Translations under genes and position numbers: made by a program | Shown here: positions 36,606-46,842 of the stretch, in pieces | Numbering within the stretch: the stretch's first letter is position 1 | Layout: each line of letters starts with the position of its first letter | Assembly (NCBI GenBank): GCA_046292385.1 | Contig: JBKBRF010000008.1 | Location: 1 to 64,000, forward strand | From: Armatimonadota bacterium | GTDB taxonomy: Bacteria > Armatimonadota > SYMT01 | Direction of reading: 5' to 3' | DNA: 64,000 bases | The notes under the pieces: generated by a model | Database searches by the model: none | Told to the model about the DNA's origin: nothing | The model's input: the letters and a program-made list of their open reading frames with translations, nothing else

Positions 36606-37916
36606 ATGAAGCGGTTTCTACAGGGATTGATCTTCGGGGCGGCGGTCGGGGCGGCGGTAGTCCTTGCGGCGGCGCCGGCGTTCGCGCAGCGCCCATCTTC
36701 TCTACCGGAAGAGCGGCCCGGGGGCGCCCTGGAGCGCGCGGAGCGTCCGGAGCTGGCGGTGCGGGTGACGCCGGAGATGGAGCGCTACTCCTCCACCCGC
36801 TACGCCCTCTACTTCCTCCGCAGCTTCCTGGGACTCCTGATCCTGCTGCTCTTCCTGTCCACCGGAGCCAGCGCGCGGCTGCGGGACCTGGCGGAGCGGC
36901 GGACCGGCAACCCGGTGCTCCGGACCTTCATCTACTTCCCGCTCCTCTGGCTCGGCATCACGGTCTGCTCGCTGCCGCTCTCCTTCTACAGCTCCTACCT
37001 GCTGCCGCACCAGTACGGGCTCTCCAACCAGACCGCCGCCGGCTGGGTGCAGGACGCGCTAAAGGGCTACGCGCTCACCGCGGTGATCGGCTCGCCGGTG
37101 GTGGCTCTGCTCTACTGGTCGCTCCGCCGCAGCCCGCGGCTCTGGTGGGTCGGCTTCTGGGTCGCGTGCATCCCGCTGCTGATCGCGGCGGTGCTGCTGA
37201 CGCCGCTGGTGGTCGACCCGCTCTTCAACCGGTACCGCCCGCTGCCGGAGTCGCCGCTGCGGGAGAGCCTGCTCGAGATGGCGGAGCGTGCCGGAATCGA
37301 GAACAGCCGCGTCTTCGAGGTCGACGCCAGCACCCGCACGAAGGCGGTGAACGCCTACGTGACCGGAATCGGTGGCTCGGCGCGGATCGTGCTGTGGGAC
37401 ACGCTGCTGGAAAAGCTGGATGACGACGAGGTGGTCGCCGTGATGGCACACGAGATGGGGCACTACGTGGAGCGCCACGTGGTGATCGGGCTCGGTGCCA
37501 GCATCGTCGGCACGCTGCTCGTCTTCATTCTGGTCGACCGCGGCGGCCGGCGCATCCTGGCTCGCAGGGGCGACCGCTGGCGGGTGCGCGGGCTCGACGA
37601 TCTCGCCGGCTTTCCGCTGGTGCTGCTCCTCGTCTCCGCCATCAACTTCTTCGGCGCCCCGGTGGAGAACGCCGTCTCCCGGACGATCGAGCGCCGGGCG
37701 GACGACTTCTCGCTGCGCCTGACGGGGGACGGCCGCGCCGCCGCCTCCGCTTTCGTGAAGCTCAGCGAGGCGAATCTCTCCCACCCGGCGCCGCCCCCGT
37801 TCATCGAGCTCTGGCTCTTCAGCCACCCGCCGCTGAACGAGCGGATCGAGAAAGCCTTGAGTTATCGATCATCAGCCAGCGCGGGGCTCGGGGAGGCGCC
37901 AGAGGACCAGCCCTAG
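36606..37916 (+). CDS. M48 family zinc metallopeptidase (Ste24-like)
   Basis: NAYVTG, AHEMGH (HExxH), ERRADDF, SHPPLNERI; multiple TMs. Confidence 0.93.
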   Translation: MKRFLQGLIFGAAVGAAVVLAAAPAFAQRPSSLPEERPGGALERAERPELAVRVTPEMERYSSTRYALYFLRSFLGLLILLLFLSTGASARLRDLAERRTGNPVLRTFIYFPLLWLGITVCSLPLSFYSSYLLPHQYGLSNQTAAGWVQDALKGYALTAVIGSPVVALLYWSLRRSPRLWWVGFWVACIPLLIAAVLLTPLVVDPLFNRYRPLPESPLRESLLEMAERAGIENSRVFEVDASTRTKAVNAYVTGIGGSARIVLWDTLLEKLDDDEVVAVMAHEMGHYVERHVVIGLGASIVGTLLVFILVDRGGRRILARRGDRWRVRGLDDLAGFPLVLLLVSAINFFGAPVENAVSRTIERRADDFSLRLTGDGRAAASAFVKLSEANLSHPAPPPFIELWLFSHPPLNERIEKALSYRSSASAGLGEAPEDQP

Positions 37917-39113
37917 TGCCAGGGCGGTGCCGACCGCGCCCGCGGCGAAGATCGGGCTGAAGCCGACCGCGCTGATCATCGAGCCGGCGGCCAGCGGCAG
38001 CAGCACGCGGAACGGGCCGGAGAAGAGGTTGAAAACGGCGGTATAGGTGCCGCTGCGCTGCGGAGGGCAGAGCTCCAGCACGTAGTTCTGGGCGCAGACG
38101 GCCCAGCCCTGGAGCGCCAGCTCGTTCAGCAGGAAGACCGGGTGCATCCAGAGCGGGCCGTCGGCGCCCCACGCCAGGGAGACCGCTCCCAGCCCGGCGA
38201 AGGTGGCGAGCTGGATGGCGCGCAGGTTACCATACCGGTCGGCCAGCCAGCCGATCAGCAGGTAGGTGACCGCGCGCCCCACATTGAGCACCTGGTTGTA
38301 CTCCGCCACGGTCCGCTCGCTCGCCCCGAGGCCGGTGATGGCAAAGTCGGTATAGAACGCGCCGGCCATCTGGTTCAGCGCGAAGAGCGCGACGCCGATG
38401 CAGAGCCAGAGGATGCGGGAATCGCGCCGCACCAGGGAGAGCGCCTTGCGCACCGGCTCCGGGGGTGGGATCTCGTGCTCCTCCGGGATGACCTCCCGCA
38501 TCACGCCCAGCGGAAGCAGGGTGACGGTCTGGATCACGAAGGCCGCCAGGAAGCAGGCGGCGTAGCCGTTGGGGAAGCCCCAGGCGCCGATGAACCGCTC
38601 CGCCAGGACCGCGCAGCCGAGACCCAGCACTCCCGCCGCCGCCCCGCCGAGGCCGTAGAGGCGCCCGCGCCGCGCGGCGGGAATCGTCTTGGCGATCAGC
38701 TTGTAGTAGGCGGGCAGGTTGGCGCCCAGCGCCAGGTTCATCACGAGCCAGCAGCCGAAGAAGGCGAGGAGCAGCGCGGACCGGCTCTCGCTGAAGCCCC
38801 AGCAGAGCACCGCCAGCACCAGGAGCATCAGGCGCTCCAGCAGCCCGACGCCGAGCACCCAGTACCGGACGTTCCGCAGCCGTTCGATGCGGCTCGCCAC
38901 CAGCACGCCCGGCACCAGCCAGCCGAACAGCATCAGCGCCGGGATCATGCCGATGGCGACCGGGCTAGGGGTGAGCTGCTTGACGAACAGCGGCAGGATC
39001 GTGAGGTGGGAGATGAACGCGACCCCGGTGTTCCAGCCGCACGCGTCGATCAGCGCCGCGCCGAAGTTCCACCGCCGGTCGGCCCGCGTTTCCCGTGGAG
39101 AGTCCGGTTTCAG
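37872..39113 (-). CDS. MFS transporter (start codon uncertain, possibly CTG 39113)
   Basis: Many TMs, GWLADRYG motif; frame open to 39131 and encodes a first TM (WNFGAALIDACGWNTGVAFISHLTILPLFV) upstream of the first ATG (38948). Confidence 0.8.
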   Translation of the reverse strand: MKPDSPRETRADRRWNFGAALIDACGWNTGVAFISHLTILPLFVKQLTPSPVAIGMIPALMLFGWLVPGVLVASRIERLRNVRYWVLGVGLLERLMLLVLAVLCWGFSESRSALLLAFFGCWLVMNLALGANLPAYYKLIAKTIPAARRGRLYGLGGAAAGVLGLGCAVLAERFIGAWGFPNGYAACFLAAFVIQTVTLLPLGVMREVIPEEHEIPPPEPVRKALSLVRRDSRILWLCIGVALFALNQMAGAFYTDFAITGLGASERTVAEYNQVLNVGRAVTYLLIGWLADRYGNLRAIQLATFAGLGAVSLAWGADGPLWMHPVFLLNELALQGWAVCAQNYVLELCPPQRSGTYTAVFNLFSGPFRVLLPLAAGSMISAVGFSPIFAAGAVGTALALGLVLWRLPEPRAG

Positions 39114-39131
39114 GGGAGTGCCCGGTAAGCG

Positions 39132-40283
39132 CTAGACCGCCAGCCCGACGATGGCCGACCGGAACTCGACCACCAGCGTGCGGCCCACCAGGGTGAGGTC
39201 CGGCACCATCCGCCGGGCCCGCAGCTCCCACGCCGGCTTACCGGTGGCGCGGTCGAGCGCCAGCACCAGCCAGCGGCCCTCCGGCTCCGGCGTATTCACG
39301 CGCAGGTAGAGCCGCTCCGCGTCACCGTCCAGCCCGTGCACCTGGCCCACTTTTCGCTCCCAGCGCAGCTCGCCGGTGGCCGGATCGAGGGCGAGGAGGC
39401 GCCCGCTCCAGGTTTCCGCGAAGAGCAGGTCGCCCTGGACCCGCAGCTTGAAGATCCGCTCCTCCCCCTCCGGCTCCCGCTTCCAGAGGCGGTCTCCGGT
39501 GAGCGCGTCGACCGCGTAGGCGGTGCCGTCCGTGAAGTAGCAGAGCATGCCGTGCGACACGCCCGGCTCCTCCACGCTGCCGGTGTTCTCCAGCCGCCAG
39601 CGGACCTGGCCCGAGACCAGGTCGACCCCCATGGCGCCGGCCTCGTGGCCGGAGATCGGGAGGAGGTCGCCGTTTGCCTGGCCGACGACCATCGGCTGCC
39701 CCTCCGCAGAGAGCGACCACCGCCGCGCCCCGCCCGCGGTCGCGAAGCCCTGCACGACTGCTTGCTCCGGATCCGAGACCACCAGCAGGTCTCGCTCCGG
39801 GAAGGGATAGAACTCCGGCTCCCCCTCCAGCGGAGCGCGCCACTCCTGCCGGCCGTCCGCCCGCGAGAGCGCGAACATCGGTCCCGGCCGCCGCTGCGTG
39901 ATCGCGGCGTAGAGGTGGCGCGGGTCGATGCCCAGCGTGTTCACCCGTCCGCCCAGCTTCTGCGCCCAGGCGCGCCGGCCGGTCGCCAGCTCCAGCGCCT
40001 CCAGCTCCTGCCCGCGCGCCAGGCACGCCAGCTCCGCGTCGACCGCCACCTCGTCCGGCAGCGCGGGGGAAGGTGCCTCCCACCGCACGGCGCCGTCCGC
40101 CGCCTCCCGCACCAGCAGCCGCTCCTTCTCCATCAGCAGCACGGCCCCACTGGCGGGCAGGCTCTGGGCCCACACCTGGCGCGCGGCGTGCTCCCACGCC
40201 ACGTCCGGCTGGCCGCCGGGGCAGTCTCCCCAGGAGTATTCCGGCTCGGCGGGTGCTTCTCGGTCGGGGCGGTTCTTTGGCAT
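39132..40283 (-). CDS. PQQ-like beta-propeller repeat protein
   Basis: Repeated A(L/V)DxxTGxxxW blades; no signal peptide. Confidence 0.8.
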   Translation of the reverse strand: MPKNRPDREAPAEPEYSWGDCPGGQPDVAWEHAARQVWAQSLPASGAVLLMEKERLLVREAADGAVRWEAPSPALPDEVAVDAELACLARGQELEALELATGRRAWAQKLGGRVNTLGIDPRHLYAAITQRRPGPMFALSRADGRQEWRAPLEGEPEFYPFPERDLLVVSDPEQAVVQGFATAGGARRWSLSAEGQPMVVGQANGDLLPISGHEAGAMGVDLVSGQVRWRLENTGSVEEPGVSHGMLCYFTDGTAYAVDALTGDRLWKREPEGEERIFKLRVQGDLLFAETWSGRLLALDPATGELRWERKVGQVHGLDGDAERLYLRVNTPEPEGRWLVLALDRATGKPAWELRARRMVPDLTLVGRTLVVEFRSAIVGLAV

Positions 40284-40520
40284 CTCGTTAGGGGTCTAGG
40301 TTCAGGGCAAACGGTCGAGCCTGCGGGGCGTACGGTGAACGTGCCGCGCGCTCTCCGGAGACCATCTTGCCTCAGCCGGTTCGGATTCGGCCAGGAACGT
40401 ACGCGAAAGCGGCTCCCGAGACGTCCAGGGGACGCTGGGAGCCGTAAAGAGACCGCACCCGGGCTTGCCTCGTCCCGCCGCTGCAAACTACGGGGCTAGA
40501 CGGCGTAGGACGCCGAGGCC

Positions 40521-42449
40521 TCAGTGGGCGGGGGCGTCCGGGATGTAGTCTTTGCTCATCCCCAGCTCTTCCGGCGCGTGGAGTCGGAGCATCAACGAGT
40601 CGACCCCCTTGGGGACCTCCGCGGCGGTCAGCGCGCTCACCAGCCACATCAAGCCCAGGGAAAGCGGCACGCCCCAGATCGCCGGCTGCTCCAGCAGCGT
40701 GCGGACGATCGGATCGGGAGCCCAGGCCAGGATCTTCTTGTCGATCAGCATCGTGGAGATGATCGCTCCCAGGCTGGCGAGGCCGCCGATCAGCATGCCG
40801 GCGGCGGCGCCCTTGGCCGTGAGCCCTCGCCACCAGGCGCCCAGCAGCAGCAGCGGGAAATAGCTGGCGGCGGCGATGGCGAACGCCCAGCCGACGAGCA
40901 TGGCGATGTCCCAGCTCTCCGCGACCATTCCCAGCAGCGTGGCCAGAATCCCGACCCCCACCGCCGAGATCTTGAACGCCTTCAGCCGGTCTTCCGGGGT
41001 GGCGCTCGGCCGCAGGATCGAGCCGTAGATGTCGTGCGCCATCGCGCTCGACATGGAGACCAGCAGGCCGCTGAAGGTCGACATGAACGCCGCGAACGCG
41101 CCCGCTACCGTCACGCCCTTCAGCACCGGGCCCCAGACGCCGCCCAGGATGGTCGGCAGCTCTACCACCACGGCATCGGTCTTGCCGTTGGCGTAGAGCT
41201 CCGGCATCAGGAAGCGGCCCATCGCGCCCCAGATCCCCGGGAAGATGTAGAAGACGCCGATCAGCACCATCACCCAGAGGGTGGTCCGCTTCGCCGCGCG
41301 CCCATCCGGATTGGTGTAGAAGCGGACCAGGATGTGCGGCAGCCCCGCCGTCCCGAACACCAGGCCCACGATCAGCGAGAAGGTGTAGAGCAGCGGATAC
41401 CCGTGCTTGCTGGTGAAGGCGCCGAAGGGACGTACCCACTCTTCGTTCGAGACGGTCCCGGCCACCGGCTCTCCTGCCAGGAACCGGACCTGCGCGGGCT
41501 CGGCAAACTCCAGCTTCGCGCCGGTTAACCGGCCGGCCAGCTCCGCGGGCTGGAGCTCCAGGCGGGTGCCGGCGGGCCAGAAGAGCTCCGCGCCGTTCGC
41601 CGCGGAGGGCGCCGACGACATGAAGTCGGCGATCGTCCACTCCCGGCCCCCCGGAATCGCCTTCACCGCCGGGGCGACGCTCCGGAGCCGCGTGTCGGTG
41701 GCGAGCTCCAGGACCACCGGCTCGGGCGGCAGCGTGAGGAAGTCTCCGGCCTTGAACGCGCGCGTCGCCTCCCGGGGGTAGACCGGCAGCGGCCGGTCCG
41801 AGCCGCCGCCGCCGGAGACGAACCGGTCGTACGGCCCGAAGTACGCCATCAGCACGAAGACCGGCGCCGCGATGGCGAACATCTTCAGCCAGTACTGGAA
41901 CGCCTGGACGAAGGTGATGCCCTTCATGCCGCCCAGCGCCACGTTGAAGGAGATGACCACGCCCACCAGCGCCACGCCGACCCAATAGGGCGTCCCCAGG
42001 ATGCTCGTCATCGCCACGCCAGCACCCTTCATCTGCGGCATCGTGTAGAAGAACCCGATGAACAGCACGAAGGTCACGGCGATCTTCCGGAACGAGGGGC
42101 TGGAGAAGCGCCCTTCCGCGAAGTCCGGGATCGTGTAGGCGCCGAAGCGGCGCAGCGGGCCGGCGATGAACAGCAGCAAGAAGAGGTATCCGGTGGCGTA
42201 GCCGACCGGATACCAGAGCACGTCGTAGCCGAACTTCATCACCAGCCCCGCCACGCCCATGAACGAGGCGGCGGAGAGGTACTCGCCGGAGATGGCGGAG
42301 GCGTTCCAGAACACGCTGACGGAGCGCCCTGCCACGAAGAAGTCGCTGGCAGAGCGGGAGATGCGCGTCGTGTAGATGCCCAGGCCGATCGTGGCCAGCA
42401 CCACGGCCGCCACCATCACCACCGGAATCCAGTCCAGGTTACCTGTCAT
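40521..42449 (-). CDS. sodium:solute symporter, cation/acetate symporter ActP-like
   Basis: AISGEYLSAASFMG, YTIPDF, GGMKGIT, GTAGLPHILVRFYT, AFAAFMST; paired with DUF485. Confidence 0.9.
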   Translation of the reverse strand: MTGNLDWIPVVMVAAVVLATIGLGIYTTRISRSASDFFVAGRSVSVFWNASAISGEYLSAASFMGVAGLVMKFGYDVLWYPVGYATGYLFLLLFIAGPLRRFGAYTIPDFAEGRFSSPSFRKIAVTFVLFIGFFYTMPQMKGAGVAMTSILGTPYWVGVALVGVVISFNVALGGMKGITFVQAFQYWLKMFAIAAPVFVLMAYFGPYDRFVSGGGGSDRPLPVYPREATRAFKAGDFLTLPPEPVVLELATDTRLRSVAPAVKAIPGGREWTIADFMSSAPSAANGAELFWPAGTRLELQPAELAGRLTGAKLEFAEPAQVRFLAGEPVAGTVSNEEWVRPFGAFTSKHGYPLLYTFSLIVGLVFGTAGLPHILVRFYTNPDGRAAKRTTLWVMVLIGVFYIFPGIWGAMGRFLMPELYANGKTDAVVVELPTILGGVWGPVLKGVTVAGAFAAFMSTFSGLLVSMSSAMAHDIYGSILRPSATPEDRLKAFKISAVGVGILATLLGMVAESWDIAMLVGWAFAIAAASYFPLLLLGAWWRGLTAKGAAAGMLIGGLASLGAIISTMLIDKKILAWAPDPIVRTLLEQPAIWGVPLSLGLMWLVSALTAAEVPKGVDSLMLRLHAPEELGMSKDYIPDAPAH

Positions 42450-42787
42450 CGGCCCTGCCGCTCCTCACGGATCATCTGCGCCTCCTCCGCCTCCAGCTTC
42501 TCGGAAGACTTCACGAAGTAGGTCGAGAGCGCCCAGGTAATGGGATAGAACGCGATCCCCAGGATGAACCAGGAGAGCGGGAAGCCGAAGACCGGCTGCT
42601 GGGTCCAGGCCGGGGTGAACTGGGTCAGGAGCGGGAGCCCGAGGATCAGCACCAGGAACACGGCCGCTACGGTGATACCGAGGCCGGCCTGCTGCTTCAT
42701 CAACCGACTCGCAAGCTGGGCATCGGTGAGATGCGGATGAGGGGAGCCTTCCTCGGCTCCGGGGTTTCGCTGCGTCTTTGCCGCCAT
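42446..42787 (-). CDS. DUF485 family small membrane protein (YjcH-like)
   Basis: Two TMs; ATGA overlap with the ActP-like gene, the usual arrangement. Confidence 0.8.
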   Translation of the reverse strand: MAAKTQRNPGAEEGSPHPHLTDAQLASRLMKQQAGLGITVAAVFLVLILGLPLLTQFTPAWTQQPVFGFPLSWFILGIAFYPITWALSTYFVKSSEKLEAEEAQMIREERQGR

Positions 42788-42906
42788 GAATGAAGTCCGG
42801 TCCGCCGGCTCGGGCCGCGCGGAACACGGAAGTATTGGACAGGCACGCGCCGACCGCCTCCACCCGGTGCGGATGGGATGTCAGCGGAGATCCCTCCATC
42901 CCTCCG

Positions 42907-43597
42907 AGCGGCTCAAGCGACCACCCCCACCGCCCGCAAGCGGGCACCCGGGTGGTCACAGGTGAAACTCTCCAGCCTTGCCTCCGGCAGCGCTTCCGGG
43001 CTTCGCGAACCCCGATGCCCTGGGGGCACGAAGCCGGTCGTGCTGCACCGCCTGAAGGCAACCCGTCGGCGGCCGACCGTGCCCAGACCACAGGCGCCCG
43101 CCGGGTGCCAGTTGTGGCCACCCCTGGGCGGCAGGGGTGGTAGCTCGAAGGGTCGGGAGGCAGCCCGTGAGCTGCCCTATCGGCGCGGGTTACGCATCCT
43201 GGCGCGGGAAGAGCTTTTCGACGTCAGCTCCCGCAGCGGCCTGCTAACGGAGCGCAGCGGAGTGTGAAAAGGCCGCGGAGGGCCTTCGTCGCGGGAGGGC
43301 TGCCTCCCGGCACAAGGGCTCGGGGTCGGGTCGCGGGATCGACGCTGCCTCTCGACGAGAAGCAAAGACGCCCCACAACTAAGGGGTCCGCTGGAGTGAT
43401 TGGCCGCTTTCGCCTCGGACTAAAGTCGAGGCTACACGGAGCGAAGCCCGCCTTCGCGGGCTCAGAACTCCCCGGGAAAACGTGTCGGTGACTTCCCGCA
43501 ACCCCTTTGGCCCCTGCCGTCTTGGGAGGTCCAAGCGCGCAATGGCCGACGGTAGAATCTGCGCATCCGGGCAAGAATCTCGGGGTGAGTAGCGCAG
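42907..43597 (+). mobile_element. element B, 5'-truncated copy carrying an inserted family-D REP (43411-43466)
   Basis: Core and right arm match 7141-7679; ends GGTGAGTAGC-GCAG. Confidence 0.7.
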
Positions 43598-43615
43598 AAG
43601 CAGCTGGACACACCC

Positions 43616-45115
43616 CTAAACGAGAAGATCCCGCATCACCTCTCCGCTCTCCACGAGAGGGAGCGGCCGCTGCTGCGGGTCGAGGATCATGCTGTGCGGG
43701 TCGATGCCGAGGAGGTGGTAGATGGTAGCGAGGACGTCCTTCGGGGAGACGGGGCGCTCCTCCGGGAAGCCGCCCTGAGCGTCGGTCTTGCCGATCACGG
43801 CGCCTTCCTTGATCCCGGCGCCGGCGAAGAGGTTGCAGTAGGCGCCCGCCCAGTGGTCGCGGCCGCCCCCGCCCTGCGGGCCGAAGCCGTCGTAGCCCTT
43901 GTTGAACTTCGGCGTGCGGCCGTGCTCGCTCAGGATGCAGACCAGCGTCTCGTCCAGCAGCCCGCGCTGGTCCATGTCGTGCATCAGCGCGTTAAACGCC
44001 CGGTCGAAGCCGGGGCAGAGCTCGTTCTGCATCCGGTTCACCAGGTAGACGTGCGTGTCCCAGGCGGAGTTTCCGAGATTGTACTCGTCCCAGAAGACGG
44101 TCACCACCCGCGCGCCCGCTTCGATGAGGCGGCGCCCCGCGAGGGTCGCCTGGCCGAAGAGGGTCATCCCGTACTCTTCGCGGAGCTTCATCGGCTCCTG
44201 GTGGATATCCATCGCGTTCCGGAGCTTCTCCGAGGTGAGCAGGCTCATGGCGAGCTGCTGCGACCGGCTCCACGCCGCCGCCTCGTCCGAGTGCTCCAGC
44301 AGGCGCCGCTGCTCGTCGAACTGCTGCAGGATTCCGGCGCGGCGGCTCAGGCGGTCGAGGGTGAGGTCACGCGCGGTGCTGCCCGGCATGAAGTGGAACT
44401 TGGTGTCCGGCGAGATCCCGCCGTACGGGTTCTCCCGGCCCTGCCCGTACGGGTCCTCGCCGGTCGACTTCCCCTCCCAGCTTGCCTCCACCGGCGCCCA
44501 GCCGCTCCCGAGCCAGTGCGGCTGCGGACCCGGGCGGCGGAACCGGTGCGGCAGGATGATGTTGTTCGGCACCGGGGAATCGGCGAGGCCCTGCTTCCGG
44601 CGCGCTTCGGTGTCGAGGTAGTCGACCACCGACCCGAAGTAGGGCCAGTGGCGCGGGTCGCGGGTGTTCGTCTCGCGGGCCAGGTCGGTCGTCGCCATTC
44701 CGGTCAGCGCGTAGGAGACGCAGTGGATCGGGTACTCGTGGGTGACCGAGCGGACCGTCGCGACCCGGTGCATCCACTTCGCCATCTTCGGCAGGTGCTC
44801 GCAGATGTCGATGCTCGGGTTGGAGGTGCGGATCGGCTTGAACGGGCCGCGGATGTCCTCCGGCGCGTCCGGCTTCATGTCCCAGGTATCGACCTGACCC
44901 GGGGAGCCGTAGAGGAACAGGATCAGGACGTTCTTCGCCTTGCCGAAGCTGCGCCCGGCGCCCGCCGGCGCGGGAGCGGCCTGCGCTTCCTTGAGCTGGA
45001 GCACGTCCGCGAGGGTGAGGCCGTAGAGCGAAAGCGCCCCGGCCTGGATCAGGTCTCGCCGGGTGATCCCGTCACAGGCGCGCGCGCCATTTCCCAGAAT
45101 GCGAACTCTCGACAT
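43616..45115 (-). CDS. DUF1501 domain-containing protein
   Basis: TRRDLI, GKAKNVLILFL.G.P...DTWDMKPDAP, RRLIEAG, WDTH, EHGRTP, GRDHW. Confidence 0.88.
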   Translation of the reverse strand: MSRVRILGNGARACDGITRRDLIQAGALSLYGLTLADVLQLKEAQAAPAPAGAGRSFGKAKNVLILFLYGSPGQVDTWDMKPDAPEDIRGPFKPIRTSNPSIDICEHLPKMAKWMHRVATVRSVTHEYPIHCVSYALTGMATTDLARETNTRDPRHWPYFGSVVDYLDTEARRKQGLADSPVPNNIILPHRFRRPGPQPHWLGSGWAPVEASWEGKSTGEDPYGQGRENPYGGISPDTKFHFMPGSTARDLTLDRLSRRAGILQQFDEQRRLLEHSDEAAAWSRSQQLAMSLLTSEKLRNAMDIHQEPMKLREEYGMTLFGQATLAGRRLIEAGARVVTVFWDEYNLGNSAWDTHVYLVNRMQNELCPGFDRAFNALMHDMDQRGLLDETLVCILSEHGRTPKFNKGYDGFGPQGGGGRDHWAGAYCNLFAGAGIKEGAVIGKTDAQGGFPEERPVSPKDVLATIYHLLGIDPHSMILDPQQRPLPLVESGEVMRDLLV

Positions 45116-45332
45116 GCTGCCTGCATCTCCCGCCCGCCGCGGCGCGGGCCTCCCTGGTTAGGATACCTGACGAGGGCCGGCGTTGCGGGGAGATCGAAGC
45201 TGTCGAAGAACCGCAACAGCGGGCTGATCTACCGGCGGCTGGTTAAACAAATGTTAGATTCCGGGGTGAGACGGGCTAAACCGTACCAGTACGGCGCTTG
45301 GGGCCGGGGTCGGTGAGTAGTTTGGATGCCGA

Positions 45333-46439
45333 ATGGAAGAGACTAGGGCGCTGCGGGAGCGGTTGGAGCGTCGCGAGCTGGAGCTGGACGCGGTCCGCCG
45401 TTTGAGCGCGGATCTCCGCGCGTGTCTGGATCCGGACGAGCTGGCGCGGCGCGCCCTCCGGGCGGCGATGGGGACCGTCGAGGCGCACGCGGGAGGGCTG
45501 CTCCTGCACGACCCGGACCGGGACACGCTGGAGTTTTGCGCCGTCGTCTCGGATTCCGAGGCGGTAGAGACCGCCCTGCTGGGAGCCCACGTGGCGCCGG
45601 GCGATCCGGCCTGGCTGGTCTTTGACGAGCGGCACGGTCGTGTCGATTACGATATCTCCGCGGACCTCCGCCACTACTTTGACGCGGACGCGATCGGCCG
45701 CACTCACCGCCGCAGCATGATCCGCGTCCCGATGATCGGCTCCTGCGGCGACTGCATCGGGGTGCTGGAGGTGGCGGACCGCCGCCGCGGCGCCTTCGAT
45801 CAGACCGACTGCGGGGTGCTGGAGATCCTGGCCGGGCAGGCCGCCTCCGCGATCGAGACTGCCCGCCTTCACGCCCGTATCCTGCGGGAAGAGGCGGAGC
45901 GGGAGCGGTTCTACCGGGAGGTGATCCGCTGCGTCACGCACGACTGCCTCCGCCTGGTAGATCACGCCGAAGTACCGACGGAGGGCAGGCAGGCCCTGCA
46001 GGTCGATCTCTCCGACCCCGCGGGATACCCGATGCTCCGGAACTGCCTGCGCGAGCTGGCGACCAGCGCGGGGATGTCGGAAGATGGCGCGGAGGATTTC
46101 ATCCTCGCCGCCGGGGAGGCCGCGACCAACGCGATCAAGCACGCGGACGGCGGCACCGGCTCGGTCTACCTCACGGAGAGCCGGATCATCGTGCGGATCG
46201 CGGACACCGGCAGCGGCATCCGCTCGAAGGACCTGCCGGCCACTCTCCTCCTCCCGGGCTTCTCAACCAAGGCCTCGCTCGGGATGGGCTTTACCCTCAT
46301 CCTGAAGCTGGTCGACCGCGTCTGGCTCGCCACCGACTGCAGCGGCACCGTGGTCCAGCTCGAGAAGTCGCTCGTCCCGGTGGATGACGACGAGTGGAGC
46401 ATGTCGCCACTGCTGGAGGATTCCTGGGCGAGGCTTTGA
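45333..46439 (+). CDS. GAF domain + HATPase_c (RsbW-like anti-sigma kinase) protein
   Basis: GAF (VPMI...IGVLEV...F...D...LAGQAASAIE) followed by GEAATNAIKHA, DTGSGI, GMGF; no HisKA H-box seen. Confidence 0.8.
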   Translation: MEETRALRERLERRELELDAVRRLSADLRACLDPDELARRALRAAMGTVEAHAGGLLLHDPDRDTLEFCAVVSDSEAVETALLGAHVAPGDPAWLVFDERHGRVDYDISADLRHYFDADAIGRTHRRSMIRVPMIGSCGDCIGVLEVADRRRGAFDQTDCGVLEILAGQAASAIETARLHARILREEAERERFYREVIRCVTHDCLRLVDHAEVPTEGRQALQVDLSDPAGYPMLRNCLRELATSAGMSEDGAEDFILAAGEAATNAIKHADGGTGSVYLTESRIIVRIADTGSGIRSKDLPATLLLPGFSTKASLGMGFTLILKLVDRVWLATDCSGTVVQLEKSLVPVDDDEWSMSPLLEDSWARL

Positions 46440-46487
46440 GCCGTGGTGTGGGCTCGTTGTGTCGAATGACGGCGTCGGCACCGAGAG

Positions 46488-46725
46488 TCCGACCCCGTGC
46501 CCTAGTCGACCGATTCAGCCCTCCCGCGTCGAGGGCCCTCCGCGGCCTTTTCACGCTCCGGCTTCGCCTCCGCTAGCAGGCCGCTCCGGAAGTGCACCCC
46601 GTATTGCGCTTCCCGCGCCACTTCGTCCTACCGCCCCAAAAGCCGAGTTCACGCGCTGAATCGGTCGCCGTCGAGCAACCACCCCTGATACTCCAGGGGT
46701 GGTCACAACTGCCGCCCTCCGGGCC
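46488..46725 (-). repeat. element B' partial copy (right arm and one hairpin)
   Basis: Reverse complement of the B' right arm plus ACCACCCCTG..CAGGGGTGGT; followed by a family E REP at 46773-46823. Confidence 0.65.
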
Positions 46726-46842
46726 ATCCTGCGGCTGCCCCTCCGGACGCCGGAGCCAGGCCCATCTGAGTCCCCGAAGGGGGACTTCGTGCCGTGGTTG
46801 CCGCGGTTTCAACCGCCCGGTAGCTACTACCGCTAACCGCCG

